From the human T2T-CHM13v2.0 reference genome, Homo sapiens, in NCBI RefSeq assembly GCF_009914755.1, contig NC_060928.1: DNA of 64,000 bases; one strand, 5' to 3'. Below, piece by piece: positions 15,101 to 30,579 of the stretch (within the stretch, counting starts at the first letter, position 1; every line of letters begins with the position of its first letter). Made by a program: the position numbers and the translations under genes. Below the pieces are notes generated by a model. It saw nothing but the letters and a program-made list of their open reading frames with translations. It did not search any database and was not told the origin of the DNA.

Positions 15101-16419
15101 TTAATAAATTTCATCTAATTGTTTTACAAAGATTAAGTAAATTGCACAAGGGTCCTATACTTAGCAGAAGACATGAATGTTGGCTGAACATCCATCAAAA
15201 ACAATATGGGCAGGATGAAAGTTTAAAAACATTCAGCCTGAGAGGAGAGTCAGAAGCAGCCCCATGGAACAGAGAATAGCTGTAGTTATTTTATGTCAGC
15301 CCTCAATCACTGCCCCCCACTTTTCTATCTTTGGAATGGCTTTGATGATTCTTTTCAGAAGGAATCCATAAACTTCAGTGGCTTCATATCAACACGAAAA
15401 GGGAAGGGGTGGGGGAGGTACTGCTTGCTCTGTGTGGCTTATAAGTTTTAGGCCAAAACACAGTCATGATGAGAAAACTTTAGCTTCTCCAAGATTACTC
15501 CCCATTGACCAATGACTCAAGCTAATCTAAGATATTAAATATTGTTAATTGACATTACCTGTGGTAAGTCATAGTTTAATTATTATTTGTTCAGTTACTT
15601 AAACCTTAATGCTAATAAGTGAATCATGTAAGAGAAATTTTGGTTGTGGAAAGAACACAAAGTTATTGTAGTTTTGATTACTAAATACTTGTCAAGGCTT
15701 TAGCAAAGCAAAGGCAGAATGTTTTCCCCTAATAATTCAATATATGATATCCCCCCAAAAGGATGAAGTTAGTTAAAAAATATTTTTTATTTTACTTTAT
15801 TTATTTTGTTTTGTTTTAACACCATTTGAAACTATATTGTGGGTAGGGCTCTGTATTTTTCTTTGCTGCTTAAGGTCTCTTATGAGCTCATGAGTGTGCC
15901 CATGTGTCTAGTGTTATAGCATTAAAAAAAGGAGTAGATAAGACTTTATAAATTTCATTATCTTATTAGAACCAATCATGCTTTCTCTCCATTTAAGTTA
16001 TGCTCTAGGGAGAAGTCTTTAAGTTGAGAAAAACTCAACTGCAAATCTAAGCTAAACTTCTCATCTTTCTTGCTCCACAAATATGTAGTCTATCTTTTTA
16101 TATACCTCTAAATTTTTGCTTCAAACTCTTAACTCTTCAAATCTCCTCAATTCTTACTTTCTCTGTTCACATAAGTTTAGAATTAGTCTACAATGACAGT
16201 CACATTCATTTCTTCTCTTTCTTGAGAAAAAAAAGCTTATTTTCTGATTATAAAAGTAATTTTATGCTCCAGGTATAAAACAAAGACAATTATAAAGAAA
16301 AAATAATTCCTAATTCTACTACCAAAGAAAACTACTACTAACATTTTATAAATTTCATTCTTGGATTTAATAGCCTATACTATATATTTCTTTTCAAAGT
16401 TTGCTTTTCTCACATAATA

Positions 16420-16657
16420 CAATACTTTTCCCTTATCTATGGGATATGTTTTAAGACTCCTAGTGGATGCCCGATGCCACAGATAGTACAGAACACTGGA
16501 TATATTATGTCTTTTTTACATATACATGCCTGTGAAAAAGTTTAATTTATAAATTAGGCACCGTAAGAGATTAACAGCAATAATTAATAATAAAACAATT
16601 AGACCAATATAGCAAAAGTTATGTGAGTGTGGCCTCTCTCTCTCTCCCCCACTCCCT

Positions 16658-16689
<32 letters not shown>

Positions 16690-16780
16690 CCCTCTCAGAA
16701 TATCTTGTTGTATGTAATATTTTCAGATTGTGGCAACTGAAACCACAGAAAGCAAAATTGCGGACAAGAAGGGACTACTT
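16420..16780 (-). mobile_element. MER44 (Tigger7-derived DNA transposon MITE) with internal (CT)n
   Basis: Degenerate terminal inverted repeats CAATACTTTTCCCTTATC / GACAAGAAGGGACTACT, TA at the left flank, internal TTTAATTTATAAATTAGGCAC. Confidence 0.8.
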
Positions 16781-17946
16781 TGTAACATTTTGATATCTTG
16801 ATACTTTTGTTTTAATGCTTTCTTGTTGGCTTTAACTTCTTTTGTTTTTCTAACTTTTTAAGTATTGAGTGCATTAGTGAATATGCTTTTAATTTTTATA
16901 AATTCTACTGGTGGTACTTTATTTTTAAAAAACATTTTAAACATATTTATCTAGTTACCAAAATCATGAATGATTTATATTATTTGAAACTATACTAACC
17001 TATTTTCAGCCCTTCCTACCTCTCGTCACCATCTCTCCTCATTTTCCAGGTTTGATTACTTTAATTAAGGAAATGATTAAAAAGATTATCATTATTAAAA
17101 TTTTATTTTTGATTATCTATTTTCTATTTTTAAATATATATTTTAAAATTTGCAAATATATTTAAGAATAAATTTAGAAGAAGTATCCCACCTTAACCCT
17201 ACTTGACTAATTTAAATGAATGCCATCATAACTTTTACTATAAGTTTACCTCCTTTGGTTTCCTAATTTAGATTTAGCTTCTTAATGTTTGAATGTACCT
17301 TTAAGGTTTTCTCCTGCGTTTTTGATGGTAAGCATTTTTGTGATTGGGATTGACTGAGTTTTTTTTACCCATTCTATCTACAAACTCAATTGCAATATCT
17401 TCAATTGTGTAGCTGGTCAGTCCTTCTGTTTCAGGTATTTGTATTGTTGTTATTGATGACCTTTCTTTCCCAAGAGGAATTCAGAGACAATACAGCAGAA
17501 ATCAACTTTCATTTATTTCTCTGTGACATCTTTAATTAACCCTCAGGGGAATGTATAACCCACTAAGACTGGGCTAAGACTCTTCAAGCCAGTAGAAATT
17601 GGTTCATATGCAACACAGAGATGTCATTTTCCTCTCCCCATGCTTAGCAAATTCCTGCTTCTCTCTTTTCCTTTATGAGCCACTATTTACTAACTCTGCA
17701 TTTAAAAGATAAAAATAAAGTTTTAGAAAAAAAATCTGATTTCAATGATTGAAAGGTCAGCCAAAACTTACAAAAACAGAAATCTTACTTAATGCTCCAA
17801 TAATACTATTATATTCCTATTAAAATTTTAGTTTATATGTAATCCTACTTAACTTCAGTACACATTGTTTTTATACCATGAGGTTGTTTTTAATCTCTGC
17901 TAACTTTTTATTTAACGTATTTTTTTTCTATTTCAATGAACCACAG

Positions 17947-18334
17947 TGTGTTAATTTTTATACTGCTATAAAGATACTACCTGAGACTGGGTAATTTATA
18001 AAGAAAAGAGGTTTAATTGACTCATAGTTCTGCATGGCTGAGGAGGCCTCAAGAAAGTTACAATCATGGCAGAAGTTGAAGGGGAAGTAAGGCACCTTCT
18101 TTGCAAGCCAGCAGGAGACAGAAAACTAAGAAGGCACTTTCAAACACTTATAAAATCATCAGAAGTCATGAGAACTCACTCACTATCATGAGAACAGCAT
18201 GGGGAAATTGCCCCCATGATCCAGTCACCTCCCTCTCTCCCTCAATATATGGGAATTACAGGTCCCTCTCTCTACACGTGGGAATTACAGTTTGAGATGA
18301 AATTTGGGTGGGGACACAGAGCCAAACCATATCA
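17947..18334 (-). mobile_element. MaLR solo LTR, MSTA/THE1-like
   Basis: CTGAGACTGGGTAATTTATAAAGAAAAGAGGTTTAATTG...GCCAAACCATATCA; flanks CACAG/CACAA (5-bp TSD, one mismatch). Confidence 0.9.
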
Positions 18335-21300
18335 CACAAACCCTTGTTTTATATTTTATAGATTTTATAACAATTTTATAAAATCTTTCTACAATCCCCA
18401 TGTTATTTCATTTTATGAGGTCTGTTTCTCCTGTGAGTCTTCCAAATGTCAGTGCCTTATTCTTATAATCATGTATGTGTAAAATAAATATTTTCATGCT
18501 GGATTATTTCTTTTTTACTTATTCTGAAACTATGATAGCTCTCTTTAAAGAAATTGGCTCAATCCTCAAAAATAATCAAATCCAAAAACACATAAATATG
18601 TTAGTCAATAGAATATGGAGACTGACTTGCATCCATTCTCTATGCACATATTTAACTTTCTTAGATGTAAGGCTGTAAGTGAGGCAGAAACACACAACTC
18701 ATTCCAAATCCAATCTTCGGAGGCATGCATCTAGTGAAATTTCCATGTCCTGAAATGAGCTTCTTTCACCCAATTTCTTAGAACCCTGTATTTGACAACC
18801 AATTCCTAGTTTTTCATCATAAATTTTGTCTATAGGGCATGTACTCACAGATAATACACCAGCAGAGAGACATGGAGTTGAGGAATAAGAGAAAAGAGAA
18901 ATAGAGGCAGAAGGCTGTAGAAGGGGCTTCTGGAGTTTTCAAGTTGGTTCAGAACTTGCATTTTGGGAACAGAGAATAGATTGTGGGAATAGTGAAGAAT
19001 ATTTCCATTCACTTTCAGGTAAGGAGGTTTGTTTCTATCCTGTAGTGCAGCATGGTTGGTGTTTTCAATCCAGTTCTATCAGCCTTGCTGCTAGTGGAAA
19101 TTCTTCCCTAATTCTGGCATTAGAATAACATTCAGCACTGGCTTTCAGTATCATTTTGAGTTTACTAATTTTGGTGCCTTCTTTTAGTAGGAATTGGAAA
19201 AAATTACATCAGGAGATAATAACCATCTTAAATTAGATCTACTCTACCATTAATTTTTCATCCCAAGCTGGCATAAGCAAAAAAGGATATATATTACCTC
19301 ACATAATATAGAAGTTCATGCATGGGGTTATTTTCATGTATGAGCTCAAATGATGTATTCAGTTCTTGAATATTTTCCATTTCCCAGTCTTTCATATCTA
19401 CTTTCCTCTGTTGATTTTGTTTCAAGCAGAATTTTCTACGAGTGGCACTCAGAAACTACATTTAAATTCTTCTCCTATGCCAACCACATAATAAAATAAG
19501 CTTTTGACTCTGAGATCACTGGCCTCATTGAGTCATGTGTCCATCTGTGAACCAATTTCTGTGGTCAAGGTTATGTGGAACTTTGACCAGTTCTGGGTCA
19601 ATCAGGGCATCCAAGCTGAAAACCAAGAACTGAGCCAGTCCCACTCAAAACACATGAAGTACAGCACATGGAGATAATTTTGAAAAGGAAAATAAAAGTA
19701 GAGTTTCTTGGCAAATGCAATTTACTAAACATTTGTGGGCTTACTTTCTATTTGGATTCATTGAGTTCCATGAGCTAGTGACTAAAGACAGAGACCTTGC
19801 AGAATCATGTTCCTTGAATCTAGATTCCAGCAGTGTCTAAGGACTAAGTTTTTTCTGCTTTCCACTATTCTCAGAGCAATACGCAAATATAACATAGTAT
19901 ATGGTGGTATAGTCAATCTGCTTCATTATACCATGGTGCATTTAAATTTATGACTCTACAATGATGGCAATTGTTCTTTGACTGGAAGAGGAAAAATAGC
20001 AGGAAATATTTGGAAGGCTTTCTCCATGTCCCAGCATATTACCAGACTTTCACTCTCATCTTTCTGCCTTTGCTGGAACTGACTAGAGCTGGGACATGGA
20101 TTTCAGGGGTTTTTTTTCAATTTTCCAAGGATTAATGTTATTGGATTCTAATCCATATAGATTTGCTTGTTCACAAAGAGAAGAAGCCTCTGAAAGTTTT
20201 TCTACCAAGTTCCTAAAACTCCAGCCCTGATTATCATATTGTCTAGGTTCCAAGATACAGCTCACCATTTAATGGATGTTTTGCTACCACATAATCAGCA
20301 TTGCAGAATTCCTAGCCTAGAATGGAGGGATACTCATTGTCCTCTATATAAGCTGACTCAGTCAGTTTTACATTATATACCCTATTGTCTTATACTCCAT
20401 GAACTGAGCCCCATAAGGGAGAATTGGTTCCCCCATAAAACAAATCTGAAATACTATTACTTGAAGAGAGTGACTCAATTCTGAACAGACAAAAATGATG
20501 GCTTTCCAATATAAGCAACTACTATGTTAAGACAGTGTGATAAAAGAAGGAAAAATAATACAGTCACTTCAAAAAAGAATCTTCAGTCCAGTGTCTGTGT
20601 GAGGAGAGCAGAGGAGAGGAGCCACAAAACATCAGAATTTTACAAGGCAAAGTAAGGTGAATGTCTTAAGAAAAGTGACAGTAGAGGAGGTAAACAGTGA
20701 TTGGAGAGAATTACAATGACGTTATATCAATAAAAGCATTTGAGAAAACTTGCAAAATTGTGCAGCCTTTTGAAAGTATTGTAATGATAGAAAAGGCCCT
20801 ACAGACTGCAAAGACAATATGAAAAGGTAGAAAACTATAAGGGCATCCTTATATCCAATTGTGTCTCCTGGTCTTTGCTCAAAAATCACAGGTCACCTAT
20901 TCTAACTCCTTTTCAGCTGACAATAAATCAGTGTCTTTAAAAATATTTGACATACGTTTGCCTCTCTAAGGCAAGCAGATCAGTTCTATTCTTTATGGGT
21001 ATTCCGAAAACAAAGGCAAAATTTGCATTACACTTTCCTTAAACAAGAAGATATTCATCACTTTTAATTAACAAGACATTTTATAAGAGGAATATTGTAT
21101 ATCTCAAGCAGTTCACAACTGTGAAAGTCTTGATCAACTCTTAGAGCCAGTCTTCCTACATATCTCATCTTTTTATCTTTAATACACTATTATTTAAACA
21201 TCAATATTAAGGGCTTCTCAAATAATGTGCCCTCACATAGAGGGTTACCACATAGAGCTATCTATGGTCTTAGTTCCAAGAACGCTGACCAATTGCTTAT

Positions 21301-21799
21301 GTTTGGGTCTCTTTCATAATTTCTTAAGGACTAGCATGTTGACAGTCAGGATCATCCTTAGACCAAGCACAAGATTCAATTTCTTCTCTACTGAAATAAA
21401 GAAACCCAGAGGTTATAATGTAACTCTTAAATCTACTTCTGGAAGCAAAGAGAGTCTGAGAAACACTGCCACTAGCTATTTCGGGAGTAGGACTAGCAGA
21501 AAACACAGAGTCAAAATTACCAGTAAAAGAGATAGTTCCTGGTTCTATGTTTGCTAATGAAACAATTCCCCAGCACTTCTGTGGACTGAGAAGAAGAACT
21601 GACCAAAAGTACAAAAAAGAAAAGACAGAAGCCAGGAAAGAAGGCAAAAAAAAAAAAAAAAAATCTTTTCCATCTTATGCCAGGCACTCACAATGGTAAA
21701 TGCCAAGTATGAATGTGTGTGTGTGCATGTATGCATGACTAGAGAGCAGAGGCATGTTCACAAAAAGGGAAGAGGCAAGTTTGATTAAAACTTACAATG

Positions 21800-22435
<636 letters not shown>

Positions 22436-24201
22436 CTAACAGATCTTCAGAGGGAATGCACCAAGAGTGGACAGAGGGAAGACACAGAAGCTTGGCTGAA
22501 GGGGGAGGAAGCTGGGACCCCCACCTGAGACTACTGAGCACTGGGATTCAGTCCTGGCCCCTAATGAGTCCAGGGGAGCGAGTGAGGTGAACAGGCAAGG
22601 AGCAATCCACTCTTGCCACAGGCCTCTGTAATCCTAACAGGAGGAGATCTTCAGCCACAACACTCAAGTTGGCAAAGAGAGCTGCTTAGACAGGCGGTAG
22701 GGGCAGCAAGCCAGCTGATGCAGAACTCAGAGGCTTTGGTGCAAGAGCATGTGTAGCAGAACATGGCCAGGAAAGGGTAACTCCTAATCTTGACTTGCTC
22801 TCACAGGAGACTTTAGCCCTGGGAGAACTGTCAGACTAAACTCTGCAGGTGGTCTTGCTCATCAAATGGGGTCAGTACAATCTGAGCACCCCTTGGTCTC
22901 CTGGCCTCTCCCGGGGCCAGGACTGGCCATACCTGCTTGCAGGGCAGCCTTGGATTCCCTGGAGGCCTGCATGATAGCTATTGCACTGGTGGACCATGCC
23001 TTCACCTGCAGAGAGCTCCAATGGGGCGGCCCCCATGGCCACACACCAAGTCATTTGTTTGCTCCTCACATTTCAGCTTTCCCTAAGAACACGACATACC
23101 CCCACATTGCTTTGCCTGCATGTTTGTGCAAGGCAGATTTTGCTTTCCTTGCCCCACCAGTGCACGAATGTGTGTACATGTACCCTGCCCCGCCACTGCT
23201 GCTGTGGGAGTATAGTCTGCCCTGCACCTCCTGTATGACTGCCATTGCAGCTGGAGCCTTGGCAGGCATAGGGCAAGCTAGACCTGCTTTCACCAGTGCC
23301 CTGCCCTTGAACCAACACTGCTGCCAGAATGAAACTCTGCATAGAGAACAGTGGACTTGTTCCCACCCTGAGTAACCACCCCTGCCTATGGCCCACAGAA
23401 AGGGCAAAGAAATCTGTGCCTGCAAGCATCCTGCCCTTTTGCTAACACCACCACCAGCACGGTGGCACACATAGTCACCAAAGAGCCACCCCCACAGCTG
23501 TGCTGTCTCGGCCACTGTGGTGAATACCTGCATGGAATCAGGCACCCTGGCCCTGGCACCCATTAGCACCCTGCTGCAACAAATGAGCCTGCACCCTGCC
23601 ATGCTGCTGCTCGTGCTGCTGCTGGCACATGCTACCAAGGACCAAACCTATTTCCACCACACTGTCAAAGGCTTTCGCTAAACCACCCATTGTAGTGTAG
23701 TGACCAGAGGCCTGAGAGTACCTTGGGCACCCCAGTGCAGTGGATTCCTAACCTCGAAAAGCCAGAGAAAAAAGTTCAGGCCCAATACAAGTCCTCCAGA
23801 GTTATAGTACACAGTCAGGACTTGGAAGCTGAGTGTAGGCCCCTTAAAACCTTCTAGAAATAAATCCAGTCAGCTGAATCCACTTTATATCACAATCAAA
23901 CCCCTAAAGACATCAACAGGATTTAAAAAAAAAAATCCAAAGGTCAGCAACCTCAAAGACTAAAGAAACATCATCCCACAAATATGAGAAAGAACAAACA
24001 CAAGAACTCTGACAATTCAAAAAGCAGAGTACATTCTTTCCTCCAAAAGACCATACCGCCTCTCCTGCAAGGGTCCTGAACCAGGCTAAGGAGGCTGAAT
24101 TACAGAAATATAATTCAGAATACGGATAATAATGAAGATTATTGAGATGCAGGAGTACACTGAAACCCAAGTCAAGGAAGTTAAGAATCACAATAAAATC
24201 A

Positions 24202-24674
<473 letters not shown>

Positions 24675-26264
24675 CTAGCTTTCTAAAATAAGGCAATCAG
24701 ACAAAAATAGAGAAAAAAAGAATGAAAGGGAATAAACAAAACCTCCTAGAAATATAGTATTATGTAAAGTGACTGAATCTACAACTCATTGGTATCCCTA
24801 AAAGAGACAGGGAGAATGGAACCAACTTGGAAAGCATACTTCAGGATATCATCCATGAGAAATTTCCCAACATAGGTAGAGAGTCCAACATTCAAATTCA
24901 GGAAATGGAGAGAATCCCAGTAAGATACTTCACAAGAAGGTCAGCCCTAAGACACATAATCATTAGATTCTCCAAAGTTGAAATGAAAAAAAAAAATGTT
25001 AAAAGTAGCTGGAGAGAAGGGTCAGGTCACCTACAAAGGGAAGCCCATCGGACTAACAGCAGACCTGTCAGCTGAAACCCTACAAGCCAGAAGACATTAG
25101 AGGGGTATATTCAACTCTTAAAGAAAATAAATTTCAATCCAGAATTCTACATCTAGCCAAACTAAGCTTCATAAGTGAAGGAGAAATAAGATCGTTTTCA
25201 GACAAGCAAATGCTTAGGGAATTCATTACTACCTAATGTGCTTACAAGAGCTCTTGAAGGAAGCACTAAATATGGGGAAAAAAGACCATTACCAGCCACT
25301 ACAAAAACACACTTAAGTACACAAACCAGTGACACTGTTAAGCACTACACTAACAAGTCCACATAATAATCAGCTACCATCATGACGACAGGATCAAATC
25401 CACATATATCAATACTAAACTTGAATATAAATGGGCTAAACACCCCAGTGAAAAGGCACACAGTGGCAAACAAGATGAAGAACGAAGATCCATTCGTATG
25501 CTCTCTGCAAGAGACCCATCTCAGACACAATGACACCTATAAGCTCAAAATAAAGGAATGAAGAAAAATCTACCAAGCAAATGGAAAATAGAAAAAGCAG
25601 GGGTTGCAATCCTAATTTAAGACAAAACACACTTTAAACCAACAAAGATCAAAAGAGACAAGGGCATTGAATAATGGTAAAGGGTTCAATTCAACAAGAA
25701 GACCTACCTATTCTAAATACATATGCACCCAAAACAGGAGCACCCAGATTTATAAATTCTTAGAGACCAATGAAGAGACTTAGATATTCACACAATAATA
25801 GTGGGAGATGTTAACACCCCACTGACAGTATTAGACAGATCATGGAGACAGAAAATTAACCAAGATATTCAGGACCCGACTCAGCACTGGATCAAATGAA
25901 CGCTTTTAGACATCTACCAAACTCTTCACCCAAAAACAATGGAATATACATTCTTCTCAGTGACACATGGTAAATACTCTAAAATTGACCACATAATCAA
26001 GCATAAGAAACACTCTTCAGCAAATGCACAAGAACTGAAATCATAACCACTCTGTTGAGCCACAGATAAAATTAGAAGTCAACACTAAGAAATTCACTCA
26101 GACCCAAACAATTACATGGAAATTGAATATCCTGCTCCTGAATGACTTTTGGGTAAATAATGAAATTAAGGCAAAAATCAAGAAGCTCTTTGGAACTAAT
26201 AAGAACAAAGATAAAACATAGCAGAATCTCTGGGATACAGATAAGTGTTAAGAGGGAAATTTAT

Positions 26265-26584
<320 letters not shown>

Positions 26585-26798
26585 CTACATCAAAAGTTAG
26601 AAAGATCTCAATTTAACAATGTAACATCACAACTAAAATAACTAGAGAACCAAGAGCAAACCAACTCTAGAAAAAGACAAGAAATAACCATGATCAGAGC
26701 TGAACTGAAGGAGATTGAGTCACCCAAAAAAAAAAAAAAAAATCAAAAAGTAAGTGAATCCAGGAGTTGGTTTTTTGAAAGAAATAATAAAATATATA

Positions 26799-27120
<322 letters not shown>

Positions 27121-28625
27121 CTACTAGCTAGGCTAATAAATAAGAAAGAAGATCTAAATAAACAAAATTAGAAATGATGAAGAGGATGTTACCAGTGACC
27201 CCACAAAAATAAAAATAACCATCAGAAACTACTATGAATACTTTTGTGTACACAAACTAGAAAATCTAGAAGAAATGGATAAATTTCTGGACTCATGCTG
27301 CTCCCAAGATTGAGCCAGGAAGAAATTGAATCCCTGAGCAGACTAATAATGAGCCCCCAAATTAAATCAGAAATAAATAGCTTACCAAAAACAGCAAGAA
27401 AAAGCCCAGGACCAGAGAGATTCATAGTCAAATTCTACCAGATGAACAAGAAAGAGTTGGTACCATTTCTATAGAAAGTATTCCATAAAACTGAGGAAGA
27501 AGGACTCCTCTCTAACTCATTCTATGAGGCCAGGTTCATCTTTATACCAAAACCTGGCAGAGACACAACCAAAAAGAAGACTTCAGGCCAATATCTTTGA
27601 CGAACATCAGTGCAAAAATTCTCAACAAAATACTTGCAAACCAAGTGCAGCAGCACATCAAAAGGCTAATCCACTATGATCAAGTAGGCTTTATCCCCAC
27701 AAATCAATAAATGTGATTCATCACATAAACAGAACTAAAGACAAAAACTACATGATTATCTCAATAGATGAATAAAAGACTTTTAATAAAATTCAACACC
27801 CCATTATGTTAAAAACTCAATAAACTAGGAACTGAAAGAATATACCTCAAAATAATAAGAGCCATTTATGACAAACCCACAGCCAACATTATACATGATG
27901 GACAAAATCTGGTTGCATTCACCATGAAAACCAGCACAAGACAAGAATGCCCAACATTCAACATAGTACTGAAAGTCCTAGCCAGAGCAATCAAGCAAGA
28001 TAAAGAAATAAAGGCCATTGAAATAGAGAAGAAATCAAACTGTCTCTGTTTGCCATTGTAAAGACACATGCACACATTTGTTCATTGAAACAGTATTCAC
28101 AATAGCAAAGACATAGAATCAATCTACATGACCATCAGTGGTAGACTGGATAAAGAAAATGTGACACATATACACCAATGAATACTATGCAGCCATTAAA
28201 AACTGAGATCATGTTTCTTGCAGCATCATGGATGAAACTGGAGGCCATTATCCTTAGCAAACTACACAGGAACAGAAAAAGAAATACCACATGTTCTTAC
28301 TTATAATTTTGAGTTAAATGATAAAAACACATGGATGCATTGAGAACAACAGACACAGAGGCCTATGAGAGGGTAGAGGGTAGGAGGAGGGAGAGGATCA
28401 AGAAAAATAACTAATGATGACTAGCCTTAATACCTGGGTGACAAAATAATCTGTACAACAAACCCCCATGACACAAGTTTATGTATGTAACAAACGTACA
28501 CGTGTACCCCTGAACTTAAAAGTTAAAAAAAAACAGATATAGTTACAATAGCTCAAGTGATAAATCATGAGAAACATACTTAAAGTAATGGAAAGAAGGA
28601 CAGGAGAAAAAAGATAGATTTGACA

Positions 28626-29075
28626 TCCCATTCTGTAGGTTGCCTGTTCACTCTGATGATAGTTTCTTTTGCTGTGCAGAAGCTCTTTAGTTTAATGAGA
28701 TTCCATTTGTGAATTTTGGCTTCCGTTGCAATTGCTTTTGGCATTTTCATCATGAAGGCTTTCCCATGCCTATGTCCTGAATGGTATTGCCTAGGTTTTC
28801 TTCTACATTTCTTAAGGTTTGGGATTTTTCATTTAAGTCTTTAATCCATCTTAAGTTAATTTTTTTATAAGGTGTTAAGAAGGGGTCCAGTTTCAGTTTT
28901 CTGCACGTGGTGAGCCAGTTTTCCCAGTACCATTTATTGAATAGGAGATCATTTCCCAATTGCTTGTTTTTGTCAGGTTTCATGAATATCAGATGGTTGT
29001 AGATGTGTGGTGTTATTTCTGGGTCTCTGTTCTGTTCCATTGGTCTATATATCTGTTTTGGTACCAGTACCATGC
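28626..29075 (-). mobile_element. Inverted 5' segment (twin priming) of the L1PA10-like element
   Basis: Antisense ORF2 that breaks at ...CCTACAGAATGGGA; the sense part resumes slightly further along ORF2 at ACCCATCTGACAAAGG. Confidence 0.88.
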
Positions 29076-30345
29076 CACCCATCTGACAAAGGTCTAATAT
29101 CCAGAATCTAGAAGGAACTTAAACAAATTTACAACAGAAAAAAAAACCACCCAGTCAAAAAATGGGAAAAGGATATGAACAGATACTTCTCGTAAGAAGA
29201 CATTTATGGCTGCATAGTGAGTTCATGTCCTTTGTAGGGACATGGATGAAATTGGAAACCATCATTCTCAGTAAACTATCGCAAGAACAAAAAACCAAAC
29301 ACCGCGTATTCTCACTCATAGGTGGGAATTGAACAATGAGATCACATGGACACAGGAAGGGGAATATCACACTCTGGGGACTGTGGTGGGGTCGGGGGAG
29401 GGGGGAGGGATAGCATTGGGAGATATACCTAATGCTAGATGACACGTTAGTGGGTGCAGCGCACCAGCATGGCACATGTATACATATGTAACTAACCTGC
29501 ACAATGTGCACATGTACCCTAAAACTTAGAGTATAATAAAAAAAAAAAAACCATTAAAAAAAAAAAGAAAAAAAAAAAAGAAGACATTTACATGGCCAAT
29601 AAACATGAAAAAAAGCTCAGCATTACTGATCATTAAAAAATGCAAATCAAAACCACAATGAGATACAAACTAGAAAATCTAGAAGAAATGCCAGTCAGAA
29701 TGGCAATTATTAAAAGTCAAGAAACAATAGGCTGTGAAGAAATAGGAATGCTTTTACACTGTTGGTGGGAATGTAAGTTAGTTCAACCATTGTGGAAGAC
29801 CATATGGTGATTCCTCAAGGATCTAGAACCAGAAATACCATTTGACTCAGTAGTGATCCTATTACTGGGTATATACCCAAAGGATGATAAGTCATTCTAC
29901 TATGAAGACACATGTACACATATGTTTATTGCAGTACTATTTACAATAGCAAAGTCATGGAACCAACACAAATACTCATCAATGATAGACTGGATAAAGA
30001 AAATGTGGTACAAATACACCATGGAATACTACAGAGCCATAAAAAGAAATGAGATCATCTGATTTGCAGGGACAAAGATGAAGCTGGAAGCCATCATCCT
30101 CAGCAAACTAACACAGGAACAGAAAACCAAATACCACATGTTCTCACTCATAAGTAGGAGTTGAACAATGAGAACACATGGACACAGGGGAACATCACAC
30201 ACCAGGGCCTGTTGGGTATAGGGGGCAAGAGGAGGAAACTTAGAGGACGGGTCAATAGGTGCAGCAAACAACCATGGTACACATATATCTATGAAACAAA
30301 CCTGCACATTCTGCACATGTATCTGGAACTTAAAGTAAAATAAAA
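29076..30345 (+). mobile_element. L1PA10-like (L1PA8-PA11 era) 3' portion, interrupted by L1HS
   Basis: ORF2 3' end and 3'UTR TTAGAGGACGGGTCAATAGGTGCAGC...GGAACTTAAAGTAAAATAAAA. Confidence 0.82.
29207..29577 (+). mobile_element. 5'-truncated L1HS pre-Ta (ACG/G) insertion
   Basis: ACG at 29444-29446, G at 29529 (CTTAGAGTATAAT), long A tail, perfect 13-bp TSD AAGAAGACATTTA at 29194-29206 and 29578-29590. Confidence 0.93.
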
Positions 30346-30375
30346 TGTTTTAAAAAGAAAGAAACAAACAAATGA

Positions 30376-30579
30376 AAAAAACCCTAGGAACATGCAATGT
30401 GTGAAAATGCTTTGTGATGTGCTGTTTTATATCACAGAATGGAACCTGTGCTTTTATTCGACAAGTTCGAAACACTCTTTTTGTAGAATCTAAGAAGTGA
30501 CATCTGAGCCTATTGAATCCTTATAGGAACATATTCATATCCAGTCCTAAAAACTAGAAACAAGCTAGCTGTAAAAATG
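30376..30579 (+). repeat. Isolated alpha-satellite (ALR/Alpha) monomer, about 1.2 units, old monomeric type
   Basis: Alphoid blocks CTTTGTGATGTG, TCACAGAATGGAACCT, GAAACACTCTTTTTGTAGAATCT, TAAAAACTAGA; 170-bp periodicity (30384-30409 vs 30554-30579, 20/26 identical); no CENP-B box seen. Confidence 0.9.

Noticed and set aside
22862-23638. Cluster of 60-190 aa ORFs on both strands
   Set aside because: They lie in the GC-rich 5'UTR of the old L1, where stops are scarce; no recognisable domain.
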